Shown here one piece after another: positions 29,586-45,090 of a DNA stretch of 64,000 bases. Under the pieces are notes generated by a model, which was not told the origin of the DNA, ran no database searches, and saw only the letters and a list, made by a program, of their open reading frames with translations. This DNA comes from the human T2T-CHM13v2.0 reference genome, Homo sapiens. The translations under genes and the position numbers were made by a program. Where the stretch lies: NCBI RefSeq assembly GCF_009914755.1, contig NC_060942.1. One strand, given 5' to 3'. How positions within the stretch are numbered: the first letter of the stretch is position 1; each line of letters begins with the position of its first letter.

Positions 29586-29988
29586 TTATCATTAGTGTTT
29601 CTTATTTCTTTGGTTAAAATGTTATAGTGAGTAGTGTGTTATATCATCATGTGAATTTTCATAACTTATTGGAAGTTAATGTTAATGTTAACATTAACTA
29701 ATTGGAAGTTAATGATAATGAAATTAATCATTATCAGTTTTATATGAACAGGCATTTCATTTTTTTTTCTAAATGATGACCTGATATGTGTCAGGAACTA
29801 TGTTCAGCATTGGAAATACTAAGCTGAATTGTGTACACCCACGGGAATTCTCACAGGGCTCACAGAGCTTAAACCCCTAGGACACACTGTCATGTTGGCA
29901 AGGGGAAGGTGGACACAGCCCTTTGGGAGAAATAGTGGTGCTATCCCAGGGAAGGTGAGGGGTGGCCTGGCCTTTGAAGAATGGGTGA

Positions 29989-30350
<362 letters not shown>

Positions 30351-31129
30351 CCTGTGTGCAAATTTGGACACCGCAGAGGTGCTCCTTCTCAGAAGTCCCC
30401 CACATCATACAAATCATTTCAAGAGCATCTAGCCCTACAGGAAGATCATGGAGAGACATTCTTGGACTTTTTTATTACACTTGCTCCAGTGTAAAATTTT
30501 ATGGTATGAATACAGTATGACTATTATAGCAGAAATAAATAAAAATACCAGGACAGATAATAGAAAAGAGTTGTAAGAAATTCAGGAAATGTATGTGCTT
30601 CAATAAAAAGAATGCTTTAAATTGTCCTAGTTGATTTTATTGAAGGTAAATTTGAAATTCCATACTTAGTATTTAAGTCAAATTACCACTCATGCTTCTC
30701 TTGTGGTTCTCTTTACTGAGAAATTCAGGAGACTGCATCTTTGCAGGTTTCTCACTTCAATTCCATGCCCATCAGTTTGCCCCCAGTGCCGTCCTGTTCC
30801 AGGTGATCATAGGGCCAAATAGAGTTGATGTCTCCATTGTGTTTTGACCAAGCTTCCCCATCTGTGCTCTTTTGGTGGCTTTGCCTCTAATCTTAGCATT
30901 TCAGCTGGAAGCGCACTTAGGTGTGTCTGATCCAAGACTTCCTCTACAGATGAGCAGGGCATTAGCGCAACTCTCTACGAGACTTGTCCAGGGTCATCCA
31001 GATGTGCTGACCTGGAGGCAAAGCCAGGACTAGAACCGAGTCTCCCGATTCCTCATCCAGTTCTCTTCTTGTCGCTTCCATTCATGCAGGGTGCGGGTCT
31101 GCATTTATACAGCGGAGTTTCATTATCTA

Positions 31130-31209
31130 TTAGGTTGAACTATTAAAAATTGCCAATATTTGGCCAATTTTGAGCTCTGATATGGCAGTTTCTTACGGTT
31201 CAACCCGTT
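31130..31209. mobile_element. MADE2-like 80-bp mariner-derived MITE
   Basis: ttaggttgaac..aaattgcc ... ggcagtttcttacggttcaacc imperfect palindrome matching the remembered MADE2 consensus. Confidence 0.75.
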
Positions 31210-31825
31210 AGATTAAATGTCACCTGTCAGTCTCTCATTACAGTCCCTTACATCCCTGTCCTGCGAAGACAGCATTGCCATCGAGTGGTAGGTATCCTCC
31301 CTGCGGACAGAGGCCCCGTCACAGTGGGCCCAGCCCTGCCCTTCTATGCTACAGGCTCAGGTCTGCACCTGCCTTTGTGCTTCACTCTCAGCAGTGACAT
31401 CTGCTGCATCCCTCACTTGCCACCATCATCTCTACTGGGAGCCTTCCCTGACCTCTGAGATGAGAGGCAGCCAGTTCTCCCAAAGACACACAGCCCCTGG
31501 GTTGTCTGGCACCAAGGTGTCCCCTTACCAGGGCTTGCACGTCTCATGTCCACTGCCCACCCATAGTTACCCATTTTTTGTGGCTAAGCACATAACATGC
31601 TCACTTACCTACAATTGCAACAACTAGAAGTTAGAGCAGTCTGTTTAAAAGGCTTTGTGTAAATCACCCTGAAAGATTCCTGGTATGTGTTGGAGCAGGA
31701 GATAAACGGGATGACACACTACATAACCAGTCTCTGAAATGGTCCCCACGGTAGGCTTGATATTGTTTCTTAAGGCTCTTTTTTGAAAAGAGAGGAAACA
31801 AAATAGTACCAAAAATCTCATAATA

Positions 31826-32135
31826 GGCCAGATGCAGTGGCTCATCCCTTTAATCCCAGCACTTGGGGAGTCCGAGGTTGGAGGAACGCTTGAGTGCAGG
31901 AGTTCAAGACCAGACCAGCCTGGGCAAAATTATGAGACCCCATCTCTACAAAAAATCTTGTATAAAAATAAAAAAAATAGCCGGGCATGGTGTTGTATGC
32001 CTGTGGTCCCAGCTTTTCGGGAGGCCAAGGCAGGAGGATCACCTGAGCCCAGGCAGTCAAGACTGTAATGACCTATGATTGCAGCACTGTGCTCTAGCCT
32101 GATGACAGAGGAAGACCTTGTCTCAAAAGAAAAAT
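31826..32135 (+). mobile_element. Alu (J-type)
   Basis: Diverged dimer; TSD-like aaaaatctca on both sides. Confidence 0.92.
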
Positions 32136-32219
32136 CTCACAATAGTTTTACGCATATGATTATATAAAAACAATCGCATCTGAGTAATTTCGGTGACTAG
32201 AGTAAAAGTTCCTTAACAT

Positions 32220-32450
32220 TATGGTTAAGAGTGCAGACTTTGCAATTGGTCTCACCTCTGCCTCTTCCTGTCTATGTAACCTTGGTTGAGTTAATTAGTA
32301 TCTCTATGCTCAGTTTCCTCATCTGTAAAATGGGGATAATAATAATAATGCCTAGCACATGAAGCTTTTTGGGGGAATTAAATACAATAATACATCTGAA
32401 GTGCTGGGCCCTGTGCCTGACACACCTTAAACATTCAGTAAATGTGAGAT
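32220..32450 (+). mobile_element. MIR SINE
   Basis: ggttaagagtgcagact...ctcagtttcctcatctgtaaaatggggataataata (MIR core). Confidence 0.85.
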
Positions 32451-34767
32451 GTCATCCTGGTCACCCTTCACCATGCGTAATGTTATGTGTGTGTGCTGCC
32501 TTTTCAGACGTTGCCGAGTGCTGAAGCCACGCACGGGGCCCAGTTTGACTCGGCACGTCTTGGTGTGGCCGAAGAACAAGCCTGGCTCTGAATTAAGAGT
32601 CAGGCTGTGGTGTTTTCAGGGAACTTTCTCTGCCTTCTGTCAGTTTTCAAGGCTTGGCATTGCATGGGAAGAGTCAACAAATACTATATTCTGCAGAAAG
32701 TATTGTGGTCTGAAATAGTGTAGACTAAAATATAAAGAAAAACCAAATTGGGATTTTAAAATGCATGAGCGCCCATCTAAAAGAGCCACCTACGCCTTGG
32801 TTTTCCTCTTTTTTGGTGAAGTTGATAAATTGGCTTGATACCAATGAAAATGGCGACCACTGCTTGAACAGCACTTCATGCCAAGAACTGCCCTAAGCTG
32901 TATAACTGCAGCAATCTTATGGGTGGAGAATGGTGGCTCATTTCATATGTGAGAAAACAGAAGCCCAGAGAACATAATTGACTTGCCCCGAGTCATAGAG
33001 CTGGGTAGAGAATGGTTCAGAATTTGAGCCCAGGCAGCCTGACCCCAGAGCCTGTCCCCCTGTGTACTGTGAGGTGACCTTTCTGGGTTTAAGAATCACG
33101 GGTCCAGGTTATACACTGTATCAGCCTTGTTGCAGCTACAAGCTTGGTGTGGTCACTTCACCATCCCTCATTTTGATTTTTGTTTGCAGAGTTTAGGTCG
33201 ATAGACATTGCGGGTATATTTCTAAGTCTTATTGAGGAAATAATCAGTCCATGAGTGCCTGTAGCTCACTACATGAGCCATCTATCTGGAGATGGGCAGG
33301 GCTCACACAGCACAGGCCATCTTTCAGTTCTGCACCTGATGGACAGCACCTCTTCCTGCGGCAGAGCCTGAGTGGCCATCGCTCGGCTCAGCCCAGTGCG
33401 AGGCAGAGAGTCCTGCTGAATCTCCCCTTGACTAATGGCTTCTTTCTAATTCCTGATTTACTGAAGACAGCCTTTCTGTCTTGAAGGAATTACTCTGTGG
33501 CATTTCCCAGTCTTAGCAAGTGGTTCTGGGGGGCCCTGATGAAAGCACTGTGTTCTGGCGAACTGAGAACCAACTGTGGACCCTTGCTTTGTTTGAGGGC
33601 CAGGGGTGGCCAGGAGGGTTTCTCTGCAGAGTCCACACCTCACCCATATGCACACACTGGGAGGAAATATTTTTCAACCATTGGTTTAACCATTGAATAG
33701 TTAGCTTTGTAGTACTTACTCCTCTGAGATTTTACGCAGATGATCTCACTTAATCCACACACATGCACGCCCCCGTGTAGTAGCCACCATGGCGGTCCCC
33801 TGACGGGGTAGATACGTGGCCCGTGTCACACAGCATGTGCAGCAGGGCTGGGACTTGGCGCCAGGGCCTACACTCTGAGCCACAATGTCTAAGCCCTACC
33901 TCACCCAAAAAGATTCCTCTAAGTCTGTGTCAGATTAGAAATGAAGAGGGGACAAAGAGAAGTACCACGGACAGCAAGAAAAGAGGAAGATGCACATCAG
34001 AACTCATAAAGCAAGTCCCTCAAGAGGCATTCTGTGTGGGGGCAAATTCCCAGGGGTTCCCGGTGTCTACAACACAAATACAGTGACTGACGCAAGATCC
34101 TATGTCCTCAAGGAGAGAGAGGAGGTGAAATTCCAGTGTTTTCATTTCGTAAGAAGGCAGAGATGTATGGAATGCTTCAGGAAGATTTCCATTCAAGAGT
34201 TTATGTGGGAAAAAAGTTTTATTGCTGAAAGAATGATGTCCCTAAGTATCCAGACATTTCTGATTTGGATGGCTAGGCTCGCCAGAATGTCATTAACTGG
34301 GATGTTTGCTCACCTAGCGTTTAACTGTCATAGTTCAAGCCTAGAGAAAAGGTGTCTCCGGATGGGAGTGATTTATAATTCGCCCCTCCATTGTCATCCA
34401 TGGTTGCCCAACTGATAGCTAAAAAATCAACAGCATCCGCCTCCAGAGCGCCTCTTTGCTCAATATGACCTTGCGAGTTTCCAGTGCAAATCTGACTCTG
34501 CTGGCTTCTATGCCACTTTCTCTTTTTTAATTCAGTTGCCCATGCTATTCTTTGGGTTTCTCTAGCCACTTTGGCTCTGACGATACAAAATGTCTTTGTA
34601 GATAACAACAAGATTTCAACTTGCTTATTAGAAAAAAGAGTTACATACTCTTCAGAAGTTTTTTTAATATATAAAGAATATGTTAACAAAAAGAGGGTTC
34701 ACACTTGTAAGAGCGTCACACTCTGTGGTGTGTAGAATAAGAAATAACTTCCATAATAAGAATTTAT

Positions 34768-35223
<456 letters not shown>

Positions 35224-36477
35224 CTACCCTTCGAGCTGATAGTCATTTGTGCTTTCCAAGAGGTCATCCCAAGAATGCAACGAAAAAAATCAATACATCA
35301 TAAAAGCATGAAGGTTGTAGTATCAATGTAAAAGCCATTTTAACTTTCCTCAACATCAGAATTGGAAGGACAAATACATTTCTTTCCACTTTTCTATCCC
35401 TCGGTCCTCTTTAAAAAAATTAATATATGATATGTATGAATAAATGCAGAGACTGTTAGTGTGATTTTGTAGATGGTGGCAGAGAGATGGGAGATGGTGG
35501 GCTTTGGCCAAGTTTTCAGCACATCATTGGTAGAACCAAGACTGGAAGCTACATCTCTTTCTTCCAGGACCGGTATCATTACTGCTCATGTGTCAGACGA
35601 CACTGAATTTGGTGAGAATTTCTCACTTCTAAGGGATAATGAACCATACAAAAAAATCACAGTCAGCTCCCTGTGTTACTCTAGCTGACCTGCTTTAGGA
35701 ACTCTGCCAGTGCTGGATCTGCACTCTCTTTGAAGGCCTCCTAACAGGTATTCAGATGACTCGTTAAGCTTTAGAGTGCTGTGTGTCCAGAATACAGCAA
35801 TACATGCTACTTGACATGAGAATATAATTCAAGGCATGTAAACAGAGATACATTGATCTTCTAAGCAATATCTTCATTTGAGCAGGACAGTTGGCATGTT
35901 GATGAAAAGAGGCTTCAAATCTTAACAGTTACAAATAACTTTTCCTTTTGCCTGTAATGTAATTAGCACTCTTGAAGTATTTTGCTGGATGCCTTTCTTC
36001 ATGCTCTTCTTAGCAAGTTGTTTAGTCAAAATCAAGTAGGTAAACTAGATGGGTATATACATATGTTAAAAGTTGTTTGGAATTTCAACCTACCCGGAAG
36101 AGCAGACCCTCGCCTAGCACTCGTTACATCCTAAGAGCTGGAGACATACGAGCTCCTGGGATCTTCATGACACCCCCATCAGGAGGAGACTACCAGCATC
36201 CCTGTCTTACAGACTAGAAAAAGGCAGTGCAGAGGTGAAGGTCACACAACTAGTCAGTGATGGGTTGAGGTTTGGAGTCCCAGAGTCTGGTTCCAGAGTC
36301 TATGCCCTTCGCCCCTCACTGGGCTGCCTCTGGGTACAGAATCAGCACCTCCCCACCAGCTTGTGTTGTGCCTGAGATTCCATGGCATCACTCGCTTTCC
36401 CCTGCAAGTTACCATGTCGCCTCCAGACATGTGCTCTTCGGAGAGGGACTCTCATACTTACCCATACATATGTATGG

Positions 36478-37393
36478 TGAATAGTGACTGTTGAGGAAGG
36501 GAGGGAGAGCTGTTGTTCGATTTCCTGCCTTAAGAGTTGAAAAGTTTTTCATTTGACCACTAGTAGTTTTCACCCTCAGAACAGACAACCATAGTTGAAG
36601 ATCAGAGAAGGGTTAAATCCTCAGGAACATCTGAACTATGACCCACCCATTCATGGTTTTATAGGTAAGGTTACTTGTGTGCTAGGTTAAGTCCCATTTA
36701 CTCCTGCTATTTTTAGTTATTTCTTCAAAAATGGTGTCAGCTGCAGGCTGAGCGAGCATCCCCTAGGTCCCTATTCAAGTTTCCAGAGCCTGGAGTAACC
36801 TCTGTAAAGGCCGCATGATGTTACAGAGAAACACCACAAAAACAGTCTTAGCTTCTCCTCCTCTCACAGGTATTAGTGACGAAACCTTGGGAAATGTGAC
36901 TCAGTATCTGGAGCTTTAGTTGCATCCTCTTGTATAAATGAAAGCTAGGCAAGGTGATCTCTGAAGGCCCATGCAGGCTCTGAGAACCAACAGAATTATG
37001 ACAAAGGTGTTATGGGGTCAGTGTGGTGGGTGCATAGAAAACAAAAATCCCCTTTCTTAAGAACCCATTTTTATCAGTTCCCATCATGGATTGGGAGATA
37101 CATTCCAGGAAGAATTTTATAGATAGTAACCTTATCTATAAAACCATGAGTGGGTCATGGTTCAGATGTTCCAGAGAATTTAACCCTTCTCTGATCTTCA
37201 GCAATGGTTGTCTGTTTCAAGGGTGAAAATTACTAGTGGTCAAATGAAAAACGTTTCAACTCTGAAGACAGGAAAACAAACAACTGTTCTCCCACCCTGC
37301 TTCAACAGTCACTGTTCAGATACATTTCAAGAAGAATGTATCTCCCAATCCATGATGGGAACTGATAAAAATAGGTTCTTGAGAAAGGGGATT
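36478..37393. repeat. Interleaved inverted repeats: A 36478-36675 / A' 37125-37318 and B 37046-37104 / B' 37335-37393
   Basis: Manual reverse-complement alignment: A/A' ~21 mismatches plus a 4-nt gap over ~198 nt; B/B' 57 of 59 identical. Confidence 0.93.
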
Positions 37394-40209
37394 GTGGAAA
37401 CTGTGAAAAGAGCCAGAGACAGCACGTAGAGGTGAGGAAGGGGCAACTCTTCCTGGCCCAGCAACAGTGGCATTCATAGAGTGGAGAAAAATACACTGCA
37501 GTGTGAAGAATGGGCCTCGTGCTACTGCGAAATGGAAAGCAGGAGACTGCAAGGGGTAGTTAGCATGGAAGCAGCATTCTCGTATACCAAATCTATACCT
37601 TGCTGATAGTTTGTCATTGCACCCAGAATGTCCATTATTAGATTTCTTCCCACCAGTGGCAAATAGGCATTATCTGTGCTACTAACTGCACATTACATAT
37701 ATGTGGTAATGCAGATTGTGAAGGCAGGATGGAATAGCAGTCATTTGATGGCCTGTATTGAGACTGATGGATAGACTTTCTTACAGACAAGAAGAACCTG
37801 CTGACTAAAGCTTGTGTGGCGGGGGTTAAACTTCCTGGAGCAGCCTGAAAAGGAGAATTATCTGGAATAATGGGGTGTCCTTTCAGTTCACTCTGACCTA
37901 GCTCCAAGATAAGCTTGACCATCCTACAAACAATCAGATCTAATAGTCCCTCAGTTCTTTGGGGAGTGAAAATGCGGGTCAATGGGAATGGAAAGATGGG
38001 AGTTATTGGCTCATGCACTCATTCAAGTAGAATTTCCTGAACACCTCCCCTAGGCTGGGGGTAGTCTGGAAACTGGGGGATCACAGTGAACAAGATGCAG
38101 TCCCTGACCTGAAGAACACAATTTATCCACCAAACTTTTGCTGAGAGTCCATCATTTTCACTTGAATACTCTTGCAGTTTTATTCATTTCCTTGCCTCAT
38201 ACTACAAAAATTTAATTGTGCAGTCATTAACAAAAATTAGGATGGAAAATATCAACCTGGGGTTGTTTTTTCCACTCATATGGAGAAGGCTTCTTCAGCT
38301 TACTGAGCCAGTAAAAGATGTCTGTCATCATTTGCTGTTGATTGTGGCATATATACCATTGCAACATGCATCATTAGCGCAGTTAGTACCTTGTTACAGC
38401 TTTTGGCTTTATATTCTTACTGTGTCTTAGGGTCTCAGATGGTTTGCGTTACATTTCTCAGATGTAATACAAGTATATCTCTGTGACAAGTTTCTATTTT
38501 TAATTTTTTTAACCTCTTTTTATGTGCAGTTACCTAAAATTATTCTGTAGGGACTTGACTCCAATCCCTGAAGTAGAGGCATTTTTGCATAGTCACGTTC
38601 CTGCTGTCTTGTCCAGGGACTTTTCCTGTGTGCTGTGTTTATATATTTGATTCCTAACACGTAAGACCTTTTTCGGAGCAAATATCCAAGTTTGTTTTTA
38701 TTATGGCTCTTATATTTAAAAAAAAAAAGATAATTTTTTGGTCAAATGTTAAGACATGCCAACTCTCGGTTTTAAATATTTTAAGGTCTTCAAAAAATGA
38801 ATGTTTACAGTTTTGTTGCCAGAACCTCTCTGGCTCTTTAAAATAAAAATATTTCAGCTGTAAATTGGAAGATAAGTCCTCTGTCCAAGCAGTTTTTCAA
38901 ACCTGTTCCAGTCAGCTCCAGTAAAGTGTGGTACAATGGACTGAACCCAAAATGAAAAAGACTGGAGTCCATTCTCAACCAGACACAGTCTTAGCCAATC
39001 TGCCTTTGGGTTTTCACGTCTGTAAAATGATTATATTAATACCAAACTCATGGAGTTACACTGAGGAATGAATTAGATCACAGGCATGAAAAAGCGCGGT
39101 AAGGTGAATAACTCAGTAAATGTGAATTATTATTGTTATTACTGTTGACCAAGTTCAAATACTAGAACCAGAAAAGGACTTGAATTACAATGAAAATTAG
39201 CCAGAAACACAGAAGACTTTGACTTACACATTTCTGATCACTCCAACCCTAGGAGTCCATTCGTAGGCAAGACTTAAGTCACACTGAAGTATAAATGACT
39301 GATAACAGGCTACTAATCTGTTACTCTATCAAATGCCTTTGCATTTAACTGACTGAGAGCCTTGACTACAGGATTGAAATTCTGCAAGATAAATTTTAAA
39401 TATCAACCAGTGAATGATGATAGTGCTGACCAGAACTACCAGTGTTTCTTACGGCTATTTCAAATTAAGACTTTAAATATAGGGAAAATTTGGTTGTTTT
39501 AAATCTACATTTACACTTACAGGCATTCTTTTCAACATGCATTATCTGTGGTAACTGCAAATAAAGCATTCCCCAATTCGTAAATAAAAATTGGACTTAG
39601 AAACACCTAACCATTAAACTACAGCTCTGAACAACTCTTAAATTTCCTTTGTATTACCCAAACCAGAAAGCCCAACCTTGGATTGAGAGAGCCTTAATAT
39701 ACACCTTTGAAAATATAGAATTTCTGTATCTTATAATAGATATGCACATTTAATGTGATAGCATTTCTCCTCCCATACACCCCCACAGCCTCAAAAATCT
39801 ATTATTAAACACTGCTACATCAAGAATAGAGAAAAAGCAGCATTTTGTAGAATTAAACATCATATTGCTTCCAAAAAAGAAAAGAGCAGTTGTAGACATT
39901 TCCTTAGTTAATTGCATAAATCTTTAAAAACATCATTTTATATAAGGAACAAATTAACAAATTACTGAGCTCTTTGAAGATAAACTTTGTGAGAATTATA
40001 AGCTACTTTGTGCATTTAATCATTTTATATACTGAGGAGCTGTATTTGATAAGTAATATGGAAAGGAAATTCTGAATAGTATACAACTGAACTGCCAAGC
40101 TACTGGATCTCTGTTTAATCCTCTTTTGAGGAAAACTTAGGAGATGCTATTGCCAAAAGGGGAGGGGTCACACTGTATTTTAAAATCAAATTTGTTTAAA
40201 TAAACAAAA

Positions 40210-40900
<691 letters not shown>

Positions 40901-41539
40901 GAGAAGGCAAGGGTGGAAGAGAGATGGGGTATGGAAGAGATCATAGTAAAATATTGGTTATTGATCCTGTCTTATTAAGGAGATGGGAGGGGCTCATGGG
41001 TGTTCCTTTTATGATTAAACAAAAAAATAAGAAAATGAAAAAGGGCCATGTAAGAGTCAATGATGACTGTGTGTCATTAACCAGATCTATTCACCTGTGG
41101 TCCACATTAAAAAGAAAATTCGTTTTCTAGTTTAGAAACATGTATCTTTCTTCGTGCTGTGTTGTCTTTTAAAGGAAAAATGTACATAGATGCTACTGAA
41201 AGGGCTATGTGAGCATAATGCATGATAAAGAGAATCATAAATCTTAAGAATTTTGAGATTTGTATTTATTATGATAGGTGACAATGCTTCAAGATTTGCA
41301 GCCACAAAGTCACTGAGGTTATATCCCCATAAGCCAGACTCTGACTACGCAAAAGACATGGTAGAATATCAACCAACATTTGTAAAAGTAACTAACTCTG
41401 TCATTCTGTAAATTTCACATCGCATTCTGGCAGTTGTTCTTTTGTTAATTAGACTAATTCCAGAGGTGGGTCATTCCCATTACTTTTTCGTTCTGTATAT
41501 ATTCCAGGTTTAATTTGTTGACCACCTCACATTCAACAG

Positions 41540-41760
41540 AAGTGAGTGTGAAACAAGGCTGCTCCCTAGAACCAGGCCACCTGCTTTTAGAGCCCAGCTC
41601 CCCTCTTCCAAGAGGCAGTGCCTCTGTGTGCGTCAGCTTGTTCCTTTCTCAAATGGGCATGATAATGGTACTTACCTCAGAGTTGCTGTGAGGGTTAAAC
41701 AAGTTAATATATTTAATACATAAAAGACTAGGCTCAAAGTTTCAACATCATAAATACTCT
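41540..41760 (+). mobile_element. MIR SINE
   Basis: aaatgggcatgataatggtacttacctcagagttgctgtgagggttaaa. Confidence 0.7.
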
Positions 41761-41904
41761 ATATTAGCTAATCGGAAGAAAAAAATTATTAAATCAGACT
41801 TTTATATTGTGCCTGCAAAGCCAAGAAACTCTACTAATCTCACCGTGATGGCATCACTACACTTAACTGTGGTGAGACTTCTTTTAATGAATACATCCTC
41901 ACTC

Positions 41905-42235
41905 CAGCACTGACCAAACATAGAAAATAGAAATAAAATGTGAGCCACCAATGCAATCCACCTATGTAATTTTGCATTTTCTAGCAGCCACATTTTTAAA
42001 AAGTAAAAAGAAATCAGCAAAGCTTAATAATATATTTTAACGCTATACAAATATCCAAAAATATTATTTCAGCATGTAGTGTTTAGAAATTTCCAATTTC
42101 TATGCTCTTTTTTTCATTAAAAATGTCTTCAAAATCTAGTGTGTATTTGGCATGTCTGGCACATCTCAGTTTGAGCAAGCCGCATTTCAAGCTCAGTGGC
42201 CACCTGCTGTTAGTGGCTACTGCAGAGAATATGGA
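41905..42235. mobile_element. hAT-Charlie MITE (MER33/MER3-like)
   Basis: cagcactgaccaa...aatgtgagccac...ttttctagcagccacattt...gcacatctcagtt...gtggctac. Confidence 0.75.
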
Positions 42236-44721
42236 GAAAGGAAATAATGACTTCTTCCTTCCCAGCATCAGTGTTAGTGGGGAGGAAAGGCACAGGCCAG
42301 GTGAGAAGCTCCATCTGTGCATGTTCATTGTCCTGTGAGGCAGGAGGGTAGCCAGCTACTCCAGGCCCCCTGGTACCTGCTCTCAGGGTGAGTGTCCCTC
42401 ATGTCCACGTGGCCCAGCAAGCCCATGCAGGGCAGAGAGTAGCGTTGCCTGAGTACCGGACACTGCCTGGTGCTTAGCAGCTATGCTTCCTCATGGTGGG
42501 GACCAGCGTACTTGTCTTTGGTCTCCCAGTGCTGACAAGAGCCTGTTGCTCTTCTGGAGACTTCACTGCATTGTGTTTCTGTCTTCAGGTCAGCAGGCGA
42601 GGTGTCCGCCCTAATGGGCCTTACCCCTAATCTGACTGCTTCTAAGTCTCCCTTGTCATCCACCATGGCCTCAGCATGGGGAATGAAACCAACCACGTGG
42701 CCACAGGTGTTGCGGCAGCCAACTGTGTTCTCTGTGTGTGCAGGAGATGGAATGGTGAGGCCTTACCTTGCCACACCTTCATGATGACACCCCTGCACTT
42801 ACCAAAGCTGCCACAAGCCTAATGCTGTGCTTTTGAAGCCTATTCTTGATGCCTTTGCCCAAAAAGAGCCACATGATTATGTATTGCTTGAGCAGAAGCA
42901 GATTGTATAATTTTGTTCTTTTCATTTTATTTTCTGCATGAAATTTTTAGGGCATTTAGTAATTCACTGAAAACATACAAATTAGCATTTTATTTCTAAG
43001 TCAAGAAGTTGGCTGTGGTCTGTGTGTGTTTAAAAGGAATGTATTATGAATCTGAGTAAAAGAAATGGAGAAAGATTTTTTCGGCCTCAGTGGAATTGAA
43101 AAAAACCAAAAGCCAGTACCTGGTCTCTGAGCGTGGAAGAAACTGACTGTGCGTGCTCTGTTGGATTATGAGAAAGCTGCATGAGCCTGGCTGTCCGTAT
43201 GTATGGGAGTCAGAAAAGTGGGAGGAAATATATGATTCATGGTGTACAAAGAATTGAGTTTAGAAAAGGGGAATAAACAAGAGGAATTACTCAGTCACTA
43301 CTATTTAAAACTGAGAATCAGAAGACAATTAGCACAATGTTGTTGGAAGAAAGTTTCAGATAGTGTAACATTTTTAGTTTCTGCAAAGTCTGGAATTGCT
43401 GTGATTCATACTTTTTCCCAGTCCCACGCTCAGTTTTCGTCCCCTCTCAGCCATTGGAAATGTGCACCTGTCTTTCCCCTACCTCAATCCAGTCAAGTCT
43501 TTTAGATGGTTTTATATAAGATTTCATCCCAGTGGAATTTGGAAATTAGTCTAGAAAGCTGAAAATGAGAGGGTACCTGAAAGTTGGGATAAAGATGAGG
43601 TCATTGCTCCTGGATTCTGCACTCTTTCCCATGATATCATCCTTTAGGGAATCCCTGGAAATGTGGAATGGGTGTCCACAAGGCAGATGGAAGTATGGGA
43701 TGCTCCGTGGTAAGCCTGTATGCCTCCAAGCCCCCAATAAGTAGAACAATGGGAAATGCAAATTGCAGAAATCTGGAACAAGGAGAAGAAAGGAGGACAC
43801 TGGATGATGCTGGGATTTACCAATGCTGGGGTTCCAGGAAGACAGCTTCTCTGGCCCCCGCCCAGGCCTGGAGGCTGCAGGCCCCTGCCTCCTTAGAACC
43901 ATGGTCCCTGGACAGCACTCCATCCAGCCTTTCAGAGTTTTGTTTTCTTCTCTTTAGCTTACAATTAATTATCTTAGGGAAAAGAAATCAGTGCCAGTGA
44001 ATTGCCTTGCTTTTTTTTTCAATGAGTCTTTTCTAAATTGGGTTCAGGCCGGTGTATGAGAGACCAGAAGGAACCCTTCTGCCCAGAGACCCAGTCTGAC
44101 GCCCCCTCTCCTGCGAACGTCAGCGATGGCCTCGGCCATGAATGGGTTAAGCAGCAGCTCCTCTGCTCAGCCCCGTGTTGAGCTGTTATTGAAGGTCTTT
44201 AAAGGCTTCCGCCCACCTTCCTCCCACTCCCCTGGCAAGTGAAAGACATTTGAATTCCTCTTGCAAGGCAGAAAATTATTAAAGTGAAAGAAAATGACTG
44301 TTCCCTGTTCTAAAAAGGAGAGAAAAGAAAAGTGGGGCTGCCCCTCCTTCATTATTTCTTACCTGAGAAGGAGATTATCAGAAACAGGGTGAAGCATTCT
44401 GACTCCCAGAAATCAGGAGAAGGGGAAGTTTATCCTGTCGGCCTTTTGTGTGCTTATTTCAGCTTATAATTCAGTGCCCTGGAATTCCGTGCACATTAGA
44501 ATATGGAGGACCTGCTAACCCTGGAGGAGATAACCATGATTAATAGGGTTATATCCTCACAGGGCAGTATTACTCAAAGACCCCAAGTAACTAAATTATA
44601 GAGAAGAATATGAAAGAGGAGTAGAAACCCGGTTTATTTTTCCTGTGCCTTTGAGCACTACAACTTCCACTGAAAATCAATTCATTTTAGAGGGTCAGAT
44701 CTGAATGAGAGATTTTAGTAA

Positions 44722-45090
<369 letters not shown>

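Noticed and set aside
34437-34455. CTCF-like motif cctccagagcgcc
   Set aside because: Two mismatches in the 12-bp core; not distinguishable from chance without ChIP data.
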